From Granulicella sp. (GTDB lineage: Bacteria > Acidobacteriota > Terriglobia > Terriglobales > Acidobacteriaceae): 64,000 bases of DNA. Location: NCBI GenBank assembly GCA_027339965.1, contig DAHWNL010000036.1:32001-96000 (forward strand), in the 5' to 3' direction. Below are positions 9,053 to 19,455 of this stretch, piece by piece (position 1 is the first letter of the stretch; the number at the start of each line of letters is the position of its first letter). The notes beneath the pieces are model-generated. The model worked only from the letters and a program-made list of their open reading frames with translations, did no database searches and was not told where the DNA came from. The position numbers and the translations under genes are program-made.

Positions 9053-9709
9053 TTAGCCCGCGGCCTGATCCCGGAACGGACGCACAATCTCAAGGTACTT
9101 CTGTGCTGTAGCGGTGATGACCTCTGCGCGGCCTTCGGCCAGGGCCTTGGCGTCCACCAGATCCGAACCTACCCCCAGAGCAAACGCTCCGGCCCGCAGG
9201 AACTCTGCGGCCGTAGCCAGCGAGACGCCGCCAGTGGGAATCATTGGGATCTGGGGCAACGGGCCTTTGAGGGAAGCAAGGTACTTTGCCCCGCCCAGCG
9301 CCCCCGCAGGAAAGACCTTGACCACATCGGCGCCGGCCTCCCAGGCCGTGACGATTTCAGTGGGCGTAAGGGCTCCGGGAAGCACGGCGACCGAGTAGCG
9401 GCGGCATAGCTCAATGGTCTTCAGGCTCAGGGCCGGGCTGACGATAAACTGCGCTCCCTCCAGCATGCAGGCGCGCGCGGTCTCGGCATCCAGCACGGTT
9501 CCGGCGCCCACCAGGATCTCGGGGCGATCCTTCACCAGCCGCCGGATCACCTCCATGGCTCCGGGCACGGTCATGGTGACTTCCAGCACCTTGACCCCGC
9601 CCGCGGAGATCGCCTGGGCCAGCGCCAGAGCCCTCTCTACGGAGTCCGCGCGCATCACCGGGACCAGCCCGGACTCTTCCAGCCTCTTCAGCACCGCACT
9701 CTTCTCCAT
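9053..9709 (-). CDS. eda: KDPG/KHG aldolase
   Basis: LEVTM, VGAGTVL, GAQFIVSP, GALTPTEI, VKVFPA, IPTGGV. Confidence 0.93.
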   Translation of the reverse strand: MEKSAVLKRLEESGLVPVMRADSVERALALAQAISAGGVKVLEVTMTVPGAMEVIRRLVKDRPEILVGAGTVLDAETARACMLEGAQFIVSPALSLKTIELCRRYSVAVLPGALTPTEIVTAWEAGADVVKVFPAGALGGAKYLASLKGPLPQIPMIPTGGVSLATAAEFLRAGAFALGVGSDLVDAKALAEGRAEVITATAQKYLEIVRPFRDQAAG

Positions 9710-9823
9710 GGCTCGCCCTGGATCTCCTTTGCCATAAAGCTATCACTGTCGCGACTCAGGTCCGGCTTGGAGAGCGGCATACCTGATACTCTTCGGCCAG
9801 AGACCATTGGGAGGAACTCGAGA

Positions 9824-10495
9824 TTGGGCGGCCTGATCCCCTTGGGAGATGCGTCAAGACCGCGGTTGCGCTTTCCCTACGCGACCGTGTCGATCATCGC
9901 CCTGAACGTCTATGTTTTTTTCCATGAGCTGCAGGGTGGGGATGCCTTCGTGCTCCAGTGGGCTGCGATTCCCGCTGTGATCCTCTCTGGCCAGAATCTG
10001 ATTACGCTGCTCACTTCCATGTTTCTGCATGGAAGCTGGTCGCACATTCTAGGCAACATGATCTTTCTGTGGGCGTTCGGTCCGGCGATGGAAGACGCCA
10101 TGAACCCGGTTTCGTATACGATGTTTTACCTGCTGGGAGGTCTGGCCGCGATGCTGGCGCAGATGGCCGCTTCGCCGGGGTCGCTGCTGCCCACTCTGGG
10201 GGCCAGCGGAGCCATTGCGACGGTGATGGGAGGGTTTCTGGTTACCTATCCGCGCGATCGCATCCGCGCCCTGTTCTTCTTCTTTTTCTTCATTCGCATC
10301 ACCTTCATCCCGGCGATCCTGCTCATCGGTTTCTGGTTTTTCATGCAGTTGCTCAACGTCGGGTCAGTGGCTTCCGTACAAACCGGCGGCGTGGCCTACG
10401 TGGCTCATGTGGCCGGCTTCCTCTTCGGTGTGCTTTTCACGCCGCTGTTCCGCCGCCAGCGCTACCAGCCTCCCCCGGCCTGGCCGCGCTACTGA
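9824..10495 (+). CDS. Rhomboid-family intramembrane serine protease
   Basis: FLHGSWSHILGNM, catalytic GASGA, AHVAGF. TTG 9824 follows a GGAGG. Confidence 0.9.
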   Translation: MGGLIPLGDASRPRLRFPYATVSIIALNVYVFFHELQGGDAFVLQWAAIPAVILSGQNLITLLTSMFLHGSWSHILGNMIFLWAFGPAMEDAMNPVSYTMFYLLGGLAAMLAQMAASPGSLLPTLGASGAIATVMGGFLVTYPRDRIRALFFFFFFIRITFIPAILLIGFWFFMQLLNVGSVASVQTGGVAYVAHVAGFLFGVLFTPLFRRQRYQPPPAWPRY

Positions 10496-10620
10496 CCACC
10501 AGAAGAGCGGTCTTGCCCGCTGACAGGGAACTGGAGCAGTCGTGCCGAGGGTGTCAGTTCTTCGCGCGGCGACTTTCTGACTTCCTCCACCCGCTGCACC
10601 TTGAAGTCGGGGGCGTCATG

Positions 10621-11103
10621 TCAGCACCCCCTGGAAATGGCGTCATGGACGCGATCCACATCTTCATCCGTCTCTGCGCGAGCCTTCAACGCCTGGTTCA
10701 TTGCATGAAAACCCGCTTTCGTTGCTGCTTCCATGCTGGATAGGAATATGCCCACCAGAATGCCCGAGAATTGCTCTCCCTGGGTGAACCGTGTGTACCC
10801 ATTGCTGAGCGCTGCGAGCTGAAAGTAGTGCTCACCGTCAAAGAGACCTGGGAACACCAAGTGACCCAGCCAGCGTAGTTCTTGTTGATTGGCTGCTTTC
10901 AGCACTCTCGGTTGGAAGGTCATGGCCTTGCGCTCTTGGGGGTGAATGGTCGCACGCAGCTTTTCCCCCGGTTTTGCAACTCCGGAAAGGGAGCAAATGA
11001 ATGGGTTCCATCGCGGATAGGCGGGGAAATCCATGAGGATCGACCACACCCGCTCCGGTGGAGACGCAATATCAATCTCAGTCAGGATCTGATGCATGGC
11101 CAT
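10621..11103 (-). CDS. SRPBCC (polyketide cyclase-like) domain protein
   Basis: IDIASPPERVWSILMDFPAYPRWNPF, ELRWLG, FDGEHYF, MNQALKARAE. Confidence 0.88.
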   Translation of the reverse strand: MAMHQILTEIDIASPPERVWSILMDFPAYPRWNPFICSLSGVAKPGEKLRATIHPQERKAMTFQPRVLKAANQQELRWLGHLVFPGLFDGEHYFQLAALSNGYTRFTQGEQFSGILVGIFLSSMEAATKAGFHAMNQALKARAETDEDVDRVHDAISRGC

Positions 11104-11320
11104 CCTTCGTCACAGAGCCCTTCGGATACGCCTGCCGTCCCTGCCTCGGTGACGTCCCAAACATGCTCGCGCCTGCACTTGCTTGCAGAGTGATGCGTCA
11201 TCCTCGGCTTCCACGAGATGCTCCGAGCACAGGGCAACAACAAAATGCGCTCTTCTATAAAGATCACGGACACGGAATCAGGCTCCAAAAGCCACACTTA
11301 AATTCGGATACCCAAAGTCT

Positions 11321-11782
11321 TTAGCGTTGATAGCGCGCCATCCAATCGGCCTGCTGGATCACATGGCCCTTCATGGCGCGGTCCAGCTCCGCGCGCGCGG
11401 CACCCGGCTTCAGATCCAGCTTGCAGTTCAGCGCATAGAGGCGGAAGAAGTAGCGGTGCGGCTTTCCCGGCGGTGGACAAGGTCCGCTGTAACCGATTCG
11501 CTGGAAGTCGTTCCGTCCCTGGCGAGCGCCGTTGCTGAACTCTGCCGCTTTCGCCACGTCCTTGGGCAGGCCTGCGGCCTTGCGCGGGATGTTCCAGATC
11601 AACCAGTGGGTCCAGGTTCCTCCGGGCGCGTCGGGGTCGTCCAGGATCAGCGCAAAGCTGATGGTTGCCGGAGGAGCATCGGTCCAGCGCAGCGCCGGTG
11701 AGGTGTCGCTGCCTTGGCAACTGAACTCACGCGGAATCTTGCCTCCGGCTGCAATGCCCAGCGCTCGCACAGCAAATCCCAT
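11321..11782 (-). CDS. YbhB/YbcL family (PEBP/Raf kinase inhibitor-like) protein
   Basis: SPALRW, DDPDAP, THW, GYSGPCPPPG, HRYFFRLYAL. GGAGG upstream of ATG 11782. Confidence 0.92.
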   Translation of the reverse strand: MGFAVRALGIAAGGKIPREFSCQGSDTSPALRWTDAPPATISFALILDDPDAPGGTWTHWLIWNIPRKAAGLPKDVAKAAEFSNGARQGRNDFQRIGYSGPCPPPGKPHRYFFRLYALNCKLDLKPGAARAELDRAMKGHVIQQADWMARYQR

Positions 11783-11902
11783 GGCGAACCTCCCTATGCG
11801 CTTCGACGCCGGAGCTGAACTCGTCGGCGATGGAGTCTCCGAGTGAGGGGGCACGAGGGAAAGGGTCGAGCCTGCCTCCGTTGGAACGAGCGGATTCCCC
11901 CG

Positions 11903-13225
11903 CTATCCTAATCCAAATCTTGACTGGATCTGTTCCAGAGAGCGCTGTTTGGTCTCCGGGTAAACCAACAGCACTACTAGGAACTGGAGCGCCATCATCA
12001 GCGCGAAGAACACAAACGGCAGGGCGTGACTCCGGGATGCGATATAAGGAAAGACTCCCGCCAGCAGAGCATTCATGATCCAGTGCGACGAAGAGCCGAC
12101 GCTCTGTCCTTTGGAGCGGACCCGGGAGGGGAAGACCTCTGAGATGTACACCCAGATGACGGATCCCTGAGAGATGGAAAAGAAGAAGATAAAGAGCATG
12201 AAGCAGCCCATCAGCAGCCTCTGGTGCGTCTGCGTGAAGAAGACCCAGGAGACTCCGGAGAGCGCCACAACCATGCCGGCAGACCCAATCAGCATCAAAG
12301 ACTTTCGCCCCAGCTTGTCGATCAGGCTCATGCCGAAGAGAGTACCCAACAGGTTCATCAGCCCAACTCCCACGGTCTGCAGCGCCGCCGAGTTTGAGCT
12401 GAATCCCGCCGAGGCGAAGATCGAGTTGGAGTAATAGAGCAGCGCATTGATGCCGGAGAGCTGATTGAACATCCCGATGCTGACGGCTAGAAACAGGGGC
12501 AAGGCATATTTGCGCTGAAACAGAGGTTCCGGCTTGACGCCACGCTCCAGGTGGACGGAAGCGACAATCTCCTGAAGTTCAGCTGCACAGTCAGGCGAAC
12601 CCATCAGACGCAGGACCTCCAGCGCTTCATCGGTCTGGTTGGTGGTCACCAGCCAGCGTGAGCTGCGTGGAATGCCATAGAGCATCCACAGAAAGAGTGC
12701 GGAAGGAACGATGGCCACGCCGAACTGCCAGCGCCACTGAGCCGTGCCGAGATTTTGCAGCACCAGGATGTAGTTGGAGAGGTAAGCCAGCAGAACGCCA
12801 ACGACGATATTGATCTGAAACAGGCCTACCAGCCGACCGCGCCACTTGGGCGGCGCCAGCTCCGCTATATAGACCGGGCCCAGGACGCTGGAGCCGCCGA
12901 TGCCCCACCCTCCGATGAAGCGCGCCACCATCAGAGCATTCCAGCTCCAGGCGAAGGCGCATCCCAGCGCAGAGATCAGATAGAGGGAGGCCATGATCCG
13001 CAGCGCTTCCCGGCCGCCGATCTTTTGTCCCAGAACACCGGATGTCATCGCTCCGAGGATGGTGCCCGCTAGCCCGATGGAGACGGTAAGCCCGAGGGTC
13101 CATGGGGTAAGGTGGAAGATCTGGCTCAACTGCTGGGTGGTCCCGGCGATGACCGCGGTATCAAAGCCGAAGAGCAAGCCGCCCAACGCTCCCACCATGG
13201 TGGCCTTGAAGAGGTATCGATTCAA
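11903..13225 (-). CDS. Sugar porter family MFS transporter
   Basis: GGLLFGFDTAVIAG, YIAELAP..RG, QLSGINALLYY, SEVFP, PETK. TTG 13225 follows AGGAG. Confidence 0.93.
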   Translation of the reverse strand: MNRYLFKATMVGALGGLLFGFDTAVIAGTTQQLSQIFHLTPWTLGLTVSIGLAGTILGAMTSGVLGQKIGGREALRIMASLYLISALGCAFAWSWNALMVARFIGGWGIGGSSVLGPVYIAELAPPKWRGRLVGLFQINIVVGVLLAYLSNYILVLQNLGTAQWRWQFGVAIVPSALFLWMLYGIPRSSRWLVTTNQTDEALEVLRLMGSPDCAAELQEIVASVHLERGVKPEPLFQRKYALPLFLAVSIGMFNQLSGINALLYYSNSIFASAGFSSNSAALQTVGVGLMNLLGTLFGMSLIDKLGRKSLMLIGSAGMVVALSGVSWVFFTQTHQRLLMGCFMLFIFFFSISQGSVIWVYISEVFPSRVRSKGQSVGSSSHWIMNALLAGVFPYIASRSHALPFVFFALMMALQFLVVLLVYPETKQRSLEQIQSRFGLG

Positions 13226-13533
13226 ATCAGCTCTCCTGCGAGAAGGATGAGTTTGGCAGACGCGGTGGTGGCAATTTCGGGTATTGTCCCTACAGGCATC
13301 ACCTTGACGCCTGGATATCCATCGGCGTCTTGCCTGTCTTCGCACTCCCCCGCAGGTCAGCCGGACGGGGTGGAATGCGGAAGCCATGGCGCGGCCTTCC
13401 CGGGGTAATCACCAACTCTGATGATATCGTCTGTCCGGACTGGAGATCCTCCCCGCCCCGGCAAGTTTCAACTGAAGATGGGTCAAGCCTGGCGGAGGAG
13501 GATCTCCGGCGCCGCGATCCAGGGATCCGATCT

Positions 13534-14214
13534 TCATCGGGCCGGAAGATGCCTGAGCGGGGTCACATAAAGCAGGATGGCTAGATAGTGCGCAATGCTG
13601 CCCGCCAGGACAAAGAGATGCCATACGGCATGGAAGTAGCGCAGGCGATCCATGGCAAAGAACGCGATGCCGGCAGTGTAGGCGACTCCGCCGGCGATCA
13701 CCCAGAGCATTCCACCCCAGCCGATGGCGAGCAGCAGGGGGTGCAGGACCAGGACAGCCAGCCAGCCCTGCAGCAGGTACAACAGGGCGGAGCCGACCGG
13801 AAAACGTCCCAACGCGAGGCTTTTGAAGACGACTCCCGCGGCCGCCAGCGCCCACTCCACGCCGAACAGGATCCAGGCCAACCGCCCGCGCATGGCGACC
13901 AGGAGGAAAGGAGTGTAGGTGCCGGCGATCAGCAGGTAGATGGCAGAGTGATCCAGCACCTGGAAGACGCGCCTGGCACGGGTGGCCACCAGTGAGTGAT
14001 AGAGCGTGGAGCAGAGATAGATGAGCACCAGGGTTCCGGCGTACACCGAGCAACTGACAACGCACCTTGGTCCTGTTCCCATCGAGGCCTTGATCAGGTA
14101 CGCTGTTCCCGCCACGGCCAGCAGCAGGCCGGCCCCATGGGTGATGGCATTGGCCAGAATCTCCCCCAGCACCAGATCAGCTCTCTTGCTCCTCATGTTC
14201 TGCCCCGCTTCCAC
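13534..14214 (-). CDS. Hemolysin III / PAQR family membrane protein
   Basis: ANAITHG, STLYHS, LDHSAIYLLIAGTYTPF, HAVWHLFVLAG. Confidence 0.93.
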   Translation of the reverse strand: MEAGQNMRSKRADLVLGEILANAITHGAGLLLAVAGTAYLIKASMGTGPRCVVSCSVYAGTLVLIYLCSTLYHSLVATRARRVFQVLDHSAIYLLIAGTYTPFLLVAMRGRLAWILFGVEWALAAAGVVFKSLALGRFPVGSALLYLLQGWLAVLVLHPLLLAIGWGGMLWVIAGGVAYTAGIAFFAMDRLRYFHAVWHLFVLAGSIAHYLAILLYVTPLRHLPAR

Positions 14215-14256
14215 CGGCTGGATGCTCCCTTCTTATGCATGGCGTGAAGATCATCT

Positions 14257-14937
14257 TCAGGGCGCAGAGGCGAAGCAGAGGTTGCTTGCGGCGTCCAGAC
14301 GAGCCTGATGCGCCCGGGCGATGGCCTCCGCGCGCGCGTTCGACTCCGCTTCCATCTCCTGTCTCTCCTGTTGGAGAGTGGAGATGGCTTCAGGGGCAGA
14401 GATCAGCAGAAGGTTGGCGTCCACGTTCAAGAGGATGGCCCGGACGGCGGCTTGCATCAGCAGGACGCCACCAAAGATATCGGAGAGCAGATGAAGATCG
14501 CACAGATCCACCGCGGTGGCTGCGTCTTCCAGCGCGGCGCAGACCGCCCGCGCCGCGGCCAGGGGAACTCTCGTCGCTTGTAGAATGCACTCCTTCATGG
14601 CCGTGTTGCGCCGGGTCTGTTCAGCCTCCGTGCCTCGGGGAAGGGCACGAGCCTTGAGATAGCTCTGGAAGGCCTGAGCGTCGGCATCCACCAGGCGGCT
14701 GATGGAGTCCAAAGCGCTGGGGATCCTCCCGAACAAGCCGGACAAGGAGGCGTGCCTGGCCTGATCGTCTCCCGCTCGTTTGAGCGAAACGCTTACGCCC
14801 TTCTGTACCAGGGCGAGTCCCAGGGTTGCGGTGAGTAGGGAAATGGCGCCGCCGCCGGGAGTGGGGCGGAGCGATGCCGCAAGATCGCGAATCTGATGGG
14901 CGCTGAGATTCCAGAGAGATCCGGAAGATTCACCCAT
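14257..14937 (-). CDS. Cyclodeaminase/cyclohydrolase family protein (FTCD C-terminal-like); start uncertain
   Basis: ASLRPTPGGGAI, DADAQAF, ATRVPL, LLSD, LNVDANL. Confidence 0.82.
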   Translation of the reverse strand: MGESSGSLWNLSAHQIRDLAASLRPTPGGGAISLLTATLGLALVQKGVSVSLKRAGDDQARHASLSGLFGRIPSALDSISRLVDADAQAFQSYLKARALPRGTEAEQTRRNTAMKECILQATRVPLAAARAVCAALEDAATAVDLCDLHLLSDIFGGVLLMQAAVRAILLNVDANLLLISAPEAISTLQQERQEMEAESNARAEAIARAHQARLDAASNLCFASAP

Positions 14938-15328
14938 GGCCCGAATATGCAGGCTCGACATGGATTTGATTATGCCAGCAATTTGCATCACCCTGCCTTT
15001 TGCGTCCTTTTGAAGCCGGTGAAGACTCGCTTGCGTGGCCGCCCGTCCACTGCGATTCCCGGCGCAGCGTCTGGGCCTGCGTGCCGGCTCTACAGCGCAG
15101 ATCCCTTGGGCGCAGATCCCTTGGCTGGGTGGCTCATCGCAGACACCACAGAACGCCGGCGGAATCGCCGCAGGCAGCCCGGCTGAGCCCTGCCCGCTCT
15201 GCGCAGCGGTTTGAGAAGCCGCCCATTTCTCTCTAAGATGGACGGAAGGTTGTCTATCTCAGGCAGCGCCTGCGGCGGCAGAGGCTGCGGGGGCGAGGGC
15301 ACGGCCCGAGCGCTCGCCAGGAGCAACG

Positions 15329-16042
15329 ATGCAACTTCGCATTGCGTCGCACGATCGTGTCTTTGTGCTCACCGGAGCGGGCATCAGCGCCGAGAGCGGT
15401 CTACCCACCTTTCGCGCCGAGGATGGTTTGTGGGCCGGTCACCGTGTGGAAGACGTCTGCACTCCAGAGGCCTGGGACCGGAATCCTGCCAAGGTGTGGG
15501 AGTTCTACTCGATGCGCCGCCATGCGGCTCAACAAGCGCAGCCCAACCCTGCCCACTTCGCCCTCGCCCGACTGGAAGAGAAGCTGGGCGACCGCCTTCT
15601 GGTCTGCACGCAGAATGTGGACAACCTGCATGAACGCGCAGGAACCACGCGGCTGCTGCACATGCACGGAGAACTGGCCAAATCACGCTGTGACCGGGAT
15701 TGCGGCCGTCCGCCGGTGGAGGACCGAAGGATCTACAGCAGCTTGGATCAAGTGCCGTTCTGCGTCTGCGGGGGCCGTCTTCGCCCGCACATCGTCTTCT
15801 TTGGCGAGATGCCGCTGGAGATGGAGCGGATCCAGCGGGAGTTGGCGGCGGCCACTTGGATGCTGGTGGTGGGAACCTCGGGATCAGTCTATCCCGCGGC
15901 GAACTTCGTGCACTGGGCCAGAGGCGGGGGAGCTCGCACGGTCTATGTCGGGCCAGAGGCGCCTCTGAATGCCGCTGCCTTCACGCAGGTTGTGGAGGGA
16001 CGCGCGGGCGAGGTTCTTCCCAATCTCTTCGTCGAAGAATGA
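15329..16042 (+). CDS. cobB: NAD-dependent protein deacylase (sirtuin, class III-like)
   Basis: GAGISAESGLPTFR, FYSMRR (Y..R), QNVDNLHERAG, HMHG, zinc Cys pairs, LRPHIVFFGE, VGTSG. Confidence 0.93.
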   Translation: MQLRIASHDRVFVLTGAGISAESGLPTFRAEDGLWAGHRVEDVCTPEAWDRNPAKVWEFYSMRRHAAQQAQPNPAHFALARLEEKLGDRLLVCTQNVDNLHERAGTTRLLHMHGELAKSRCDRDCGRPPVEDRRIYSSLDQVPFCVCGGRLRPHIVFFGEMPLEMERIQRELAAATWMLVVGTSGSVYPAANFVHWARGGGARTVYVGPEAPLNAAAFTQVVEGRAGEVLPNLFVEE

Positions 16043-16508
16043 GCCTGCGGCGATCTCCAAGGTCTTGCGGCGCGATCCACCCGTCGGCAACAGGAAGCGA
16101 TGGTTGCAAACGAAGGGTGCAAACCCAGGCTTGAGCCGGCCTCCGAAGCCTCGTCTGGTGGCCGACGATCGCATGGTGCAAAGCGCTGCTGCAACCTTCA
16201 GAAGAACAGTATGCGCGTCAACGGCAAAGTTCATGTTCCGAGGTTCTCATTGCTGTTCTTCGTAGCGGTGATCTGGCTGAAGCTGGCAACCTGGGCGTTG
16301 AGATGCCCTGGCTATGCGAACGGCGAGAGCCGCCGGCCTGAGCCCGGGCGGCTGCCACAGGCGGAAGGACGAAGACGAGGTTTTGCTTTGCCGAAGGCCT
16401 GATGAGGGTGTGCAACCGGATTGGCAGAATTCTGGAGGGGTGGGGCGGTCCAGGGACCTCTGCCGGCGCCTTGGACCGGCAGAGATGTCCAGAGAGTCTG
16501 GTTCGCGC

Positions 16509-17270
16509 TCAGCGATTGTCAAACATGCTGCCGACGATGCCACCCAGCACGGCTGCCGCGCCAACGTCTTTGACCTCCTGGTTCGCGGAAGGAAGGTAAG
16601 GTTGCAAAGCGTGCGCCAGGTTGGCCAGGGGAAGCGTCTGCAGCCAGACCCTGCCGGGTCCGGTGAGCGCGGCCAGAAAGATGCTGTCAGCCCCGAAGAA
16701 CATGTTGCGAATGCCCTGGAGGCGAGTGATCTGGAAGTTGACGCTGGTGTGGAAGGCTCCTACGTGGCCGGGATGCACGCGCAGCGTCTCCCCGGGCTGC
16801 AGGTCGCGAACGACCATCTCTCCACCCATCTCCAGCCAGGCCGTGCCGATGCCGGAGACCTTCTGGAGAAGGAAGCCGTCGCCGCCGAAGATGCCCGCGC
16901 CCAGCGACTGCTGCAGGCCGACGCTGAGCTGGATCTGTGGTGTAGCGCAGAGAAAGCCGTGGCGATGAATCAGAAGATCGTTCCCGGGCTGAATCTCGAC
17001 GGGGAGAATCTGGCCGGGAATCTTGGCGGCGAAGGCGACCTCGCCGGGGTATCCCTGAGCGGTGTACTCGGTCATGAACAGGGTGCCGCCGCCGGCCACG
17101 CGTTTGATGGCTCCAAAGATGCCGCCGCCGCCCGCCATCTGGGTATGGGTGGTCATGGCGATCGTCTGGCTCATCCAGCTCAGCTCTCCCCCTTCGGAGA
17201 TCAGGCTCTCGCCAGGCTGCAAGAGGGCTTCGAGGACCGGCATGGTGGTTCCGGTGATTCTGGTCTGCAT
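16509..17270 (-). CDS. AIM24/TIGR00266 family protein
   Basis: MQTRITGTTMPVL, SEGGELSWMS, FGGDGFLLQK, LTGPGRVWLQTLP. Confidence 0.9.
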   Translation of the reverse strand: MQTRITGTTMPVLEALLQPGESLISEGGELSWMSQTIAMTTHTQMAGGGGIFGAIKRVAGGGTLFMTEYTAQGYPGEVAFAAKIPGQILPVEIQPGNDLLIHRHGFLCATPQIQLSVGLQQSLGAGIFGGDGFLLQKVSGIGTAWLEMGGEMVVRDLQPGETLRVHPGHVGAFHTSVNFQITRLQGIRNMFFGADSIFLAALTGPGRVWLQTLPLANLAHALQPYLPSANQEVKDVGAAAVLGGIVGSMFDNR

Positions 17271-17457
17271 GGTTGGCGCATCCTTTCCTGGCATCGGTCG
17301 CGCCGGCTTGGCCGGGCCCGCAGCTTGCAGAGTATCTTACGCCGGGAAGGACCGGGAAGTTCCCTGACCGTCCCTGGAAGGCGAAATTCAATTTACCCAG
17401 AGTCTCCATTTTCCTCGTACACTATCGAGGTACAAAAATCGAAAGGAGATCGATTTC

Positions 17458-18021
17458 ATGCCAACTGGCGGCTCAAAAGGGCGCTCGGGAGCGTCCGGCA
17501 GCTTCAAATTCTTACTCGGCTTTCTATTCGCGTTTGTCGTTCTGTTTTTCGGTACCTGGGCGTACCTTCGATTTGGCAATCCGCCGGTAGCCACCGCGGA
17601 CAAGCCTTTTCCCTATGAGAAACAGATCGTGCACATTGCTTTGCATGCCCGCATTCGTCGCGACATGCAACAACCTCCTTTCGGCATCAGCGAGGATGTT
17701 TATGAGACCGGCGCCATGGCCTATAAGCTCCAGTGCGCCGGTTGCCATGGAACTCCTGGAAAGCCGGCAACCATTGCCAAAGGAATGTTTCCGCACGCGC
17801 CGCAACTGTGGGTCAGGCACCACAACGGAAAGGTGGTGGGGGTGAGCGATGATCCTCCGGGCGCTACCTATTGGAAGATCGACAATGGCATCCGTCTTAC
17901 CGGCATGCCCTCCTTCAAGGGCATATTGACCGAAGATCAGATGTGGGATGTTGCGCTGCTATTGAAGCATGCCAACGAACAACTGCCCGATCCGGTGATG
18001 GGCATGCTGAACGGGCAGTAA
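17458..18021 (+). CDS. Membrane-anchored monoheme cytochrome c
   Basis: N-terminal TM helix, CAGCH heme motif, GIRLTGMPSF with axial Met. SD AAGGAG. Confidence 0.9.
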   Translation: MPTGGSKGRSGASGSFKFLLGFLFAFVVLFFGTWAYLRFGNPPVATADKPFPYEKQIVHIALHARIRRDMQQPPFGISEDVYETGAMAYKLQCAGCHGTPGKPATIAKGMFPHAPQLWVRHHNGKVVGVSDDPPGATYWKIDNGIRLTGMPSFKGILTEDQMWDVALLLKHANEQLPDPVMGMLNGQ

Positions 18022-18106
18022 GACTGCTCGATTGTGCTGCGGGTCTTGTGGCGTCAGCATCCGGTCGCGCCCGTCTCGACAGCGATATCGGTACGTCCGA
18101 CGCGCA

Positions 18107-18148
18107 GGCGCACCCCATCTTGAAGAGCCGAGATGCGGTGCGCCCTTT
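18107..18148 (+). terminator. Hairpin after the cytochrome c gene (terminator or REP-like palindrome)
   Basis: GGCGCACC-C-CATCT...AGATG-C-GGTGCGCC followed by CTTT. Confidence 0.5.
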
Positions 18149-18228
18149 GACCGGATTTGTTTTTGAACGAAGAGCAGGTGTGGGACCTGCCTATTGTTTC
18201 CACTCTGCGCCGCCTCTATTCTGGTGGT

Positions 18229-19209
18229 ATGTCCACTCCGATCGTATCCTCCGCACTTCGAACTCTTGGAAACTCTGATCTTCACCTCACTCCGATTGGA
18301 TTTGGCGCGTGGGCCATCGGCGGGGGAGACTGGCAGTATGCGTGGGGAGCCCAGGACGACAAGGACTCTGTGGCCGCCATCCATCGCGCGCTTGATCTGG
18401 GCATCAACTGGATTGATACCGCGGCCGTCTATGGGCTGGGCCACTCGGAAGAGATTGTAGGGCGCGCGGTAAAATCCTCATCGTACAAGCCGTACATCTT
18501 TACCAAGTGCTCGATGCGCTGGCACCAGGACCGCTCCATCTATAACTCGCTGAAGGCCCATTCGCTCTCTGAGGAAGTGGAGGCTTCCCTGGTACGGCTG
18601 GGAGTGGAGACCATCGACCTGTACCAGATTCACTGGCCCAATCCCGACAGCGAGATCGAAGAGGGCTGGGAGGCGCTCAGCCGGCTGCGTGAGCAGGGCA
18701 AGCTGCGCTGGATCGGGGTCTCGAACTTCTCAGTGGAGCAGATGAAGCGCGCGCAGAGGATCGCTCCCATTACCAGTCTGCAGCCGCCGTATTCCATGCT
18801 GCGCCGGGCCGTAGAGACGGAGATTCTGCCCTTTGCGCAGCAAAACGGCATCGGCGTCATCAACTACTCGCCCATGCTCTCCGGCATGCTGGCCGGCAAG
18901 ATGAGTGCCGAGCGCGTGGCGGCGCTCCCCGCCGACGACTGGCGGCGCAGAAATCCTGAGTTCAGTGAGCCGAAGCTGAGCGGCAACCTGCGTCTGGTGG
19001 AGCTGCTGCGCGAGATTGGCCATGGGCATGGCGTGACCCCGGGAGTGGTTGCCGTGGCTTGGACATTGCACCACCCTGCGATTACCGCCGCGATTGTCGG
19101 CGGGCGCAGCGCAAAGCAGGTGGAAGAGACGGCTGACGCGCTCCGCTTCAGGCTCAGCGAGGGAGAATACAAAAAGATCTGCACCTTTCTTTCATCCACG
19201 AATGCATGA
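18229..19209 (+). CDS. Aldo/keto reductase
   Basis: GFGAWAIGG, WIDTAAVYG, FTKC, IDLYQIHWP, IGVSNF, LQPPYS. Confidence 0.95.
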   Translation: MSTPIVSSALRTLGNSDLHLTPIGFGAWAIGGGDWQYAWGAQDDKDSVAAIHRALDLGINWIDTAAVYGLGHSEEIVGRAVKSSSYKPYIFTKCSMRWHQDRSIYNSLKAHSLSEEVEASLVRLGVETIDLYQIHWPNPDSEIEEGWEALSRLREQGKLRWIGVSNFSVEQMKRAQRIAPITSLQPPYSMLRRAVETEILPFAQQNGIGVINYSPMLSGMLAGKMSAERVAALPADDWRRRNPEFSEPKLSGNLRLVELLREIGHGHGVTPGVVAVAWTLHHPAITAAIVGGRSAKQVEETADALRFRLSEGEYKKICTFLSSTNA

Positions 19210-19455
19210 ATGATTGATCCGCCAAGGGTGTGAACCTATGGGCTGAGATCTTTGAGGACGGGGTAGCATGTGAACCTGATGCGCCCGGTTGGAAGAGGAA
19301 AGATACCTCCCACGCCATCCCGTAATCGTCATGGAAGCATTCTGCGAACCCAAATCGCGAAGGGGCCGAGATGGCCCCCCCACACCAATCCACACCTCAA
19401 AGTGCCGAGATGTGGGAATCCGCCCGCTGCGCGAACTTGTACACTGATCGTTAGC

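Noticed and set aside
9824..10495. Rhomboid as second-step protease for the anti-sigma
   Set aside because: Opposite strand and separated by eda; proximity alone is not evidence.
15329..16042. Sirtuin as a Sir2 anti-phage effector (Thoeris/DSR)
   Set aside because: Compact zinc-binding CobB-type deacylase with no defence partners.
16043..16508. Intergenic region with repeated TGCAAA, as a c-di-GMP-I riboswitch or small ORF
   Set aside because: Lacks the GNRA-capped P2 and receptor architecture; overlapping short ORFs are not convincing.
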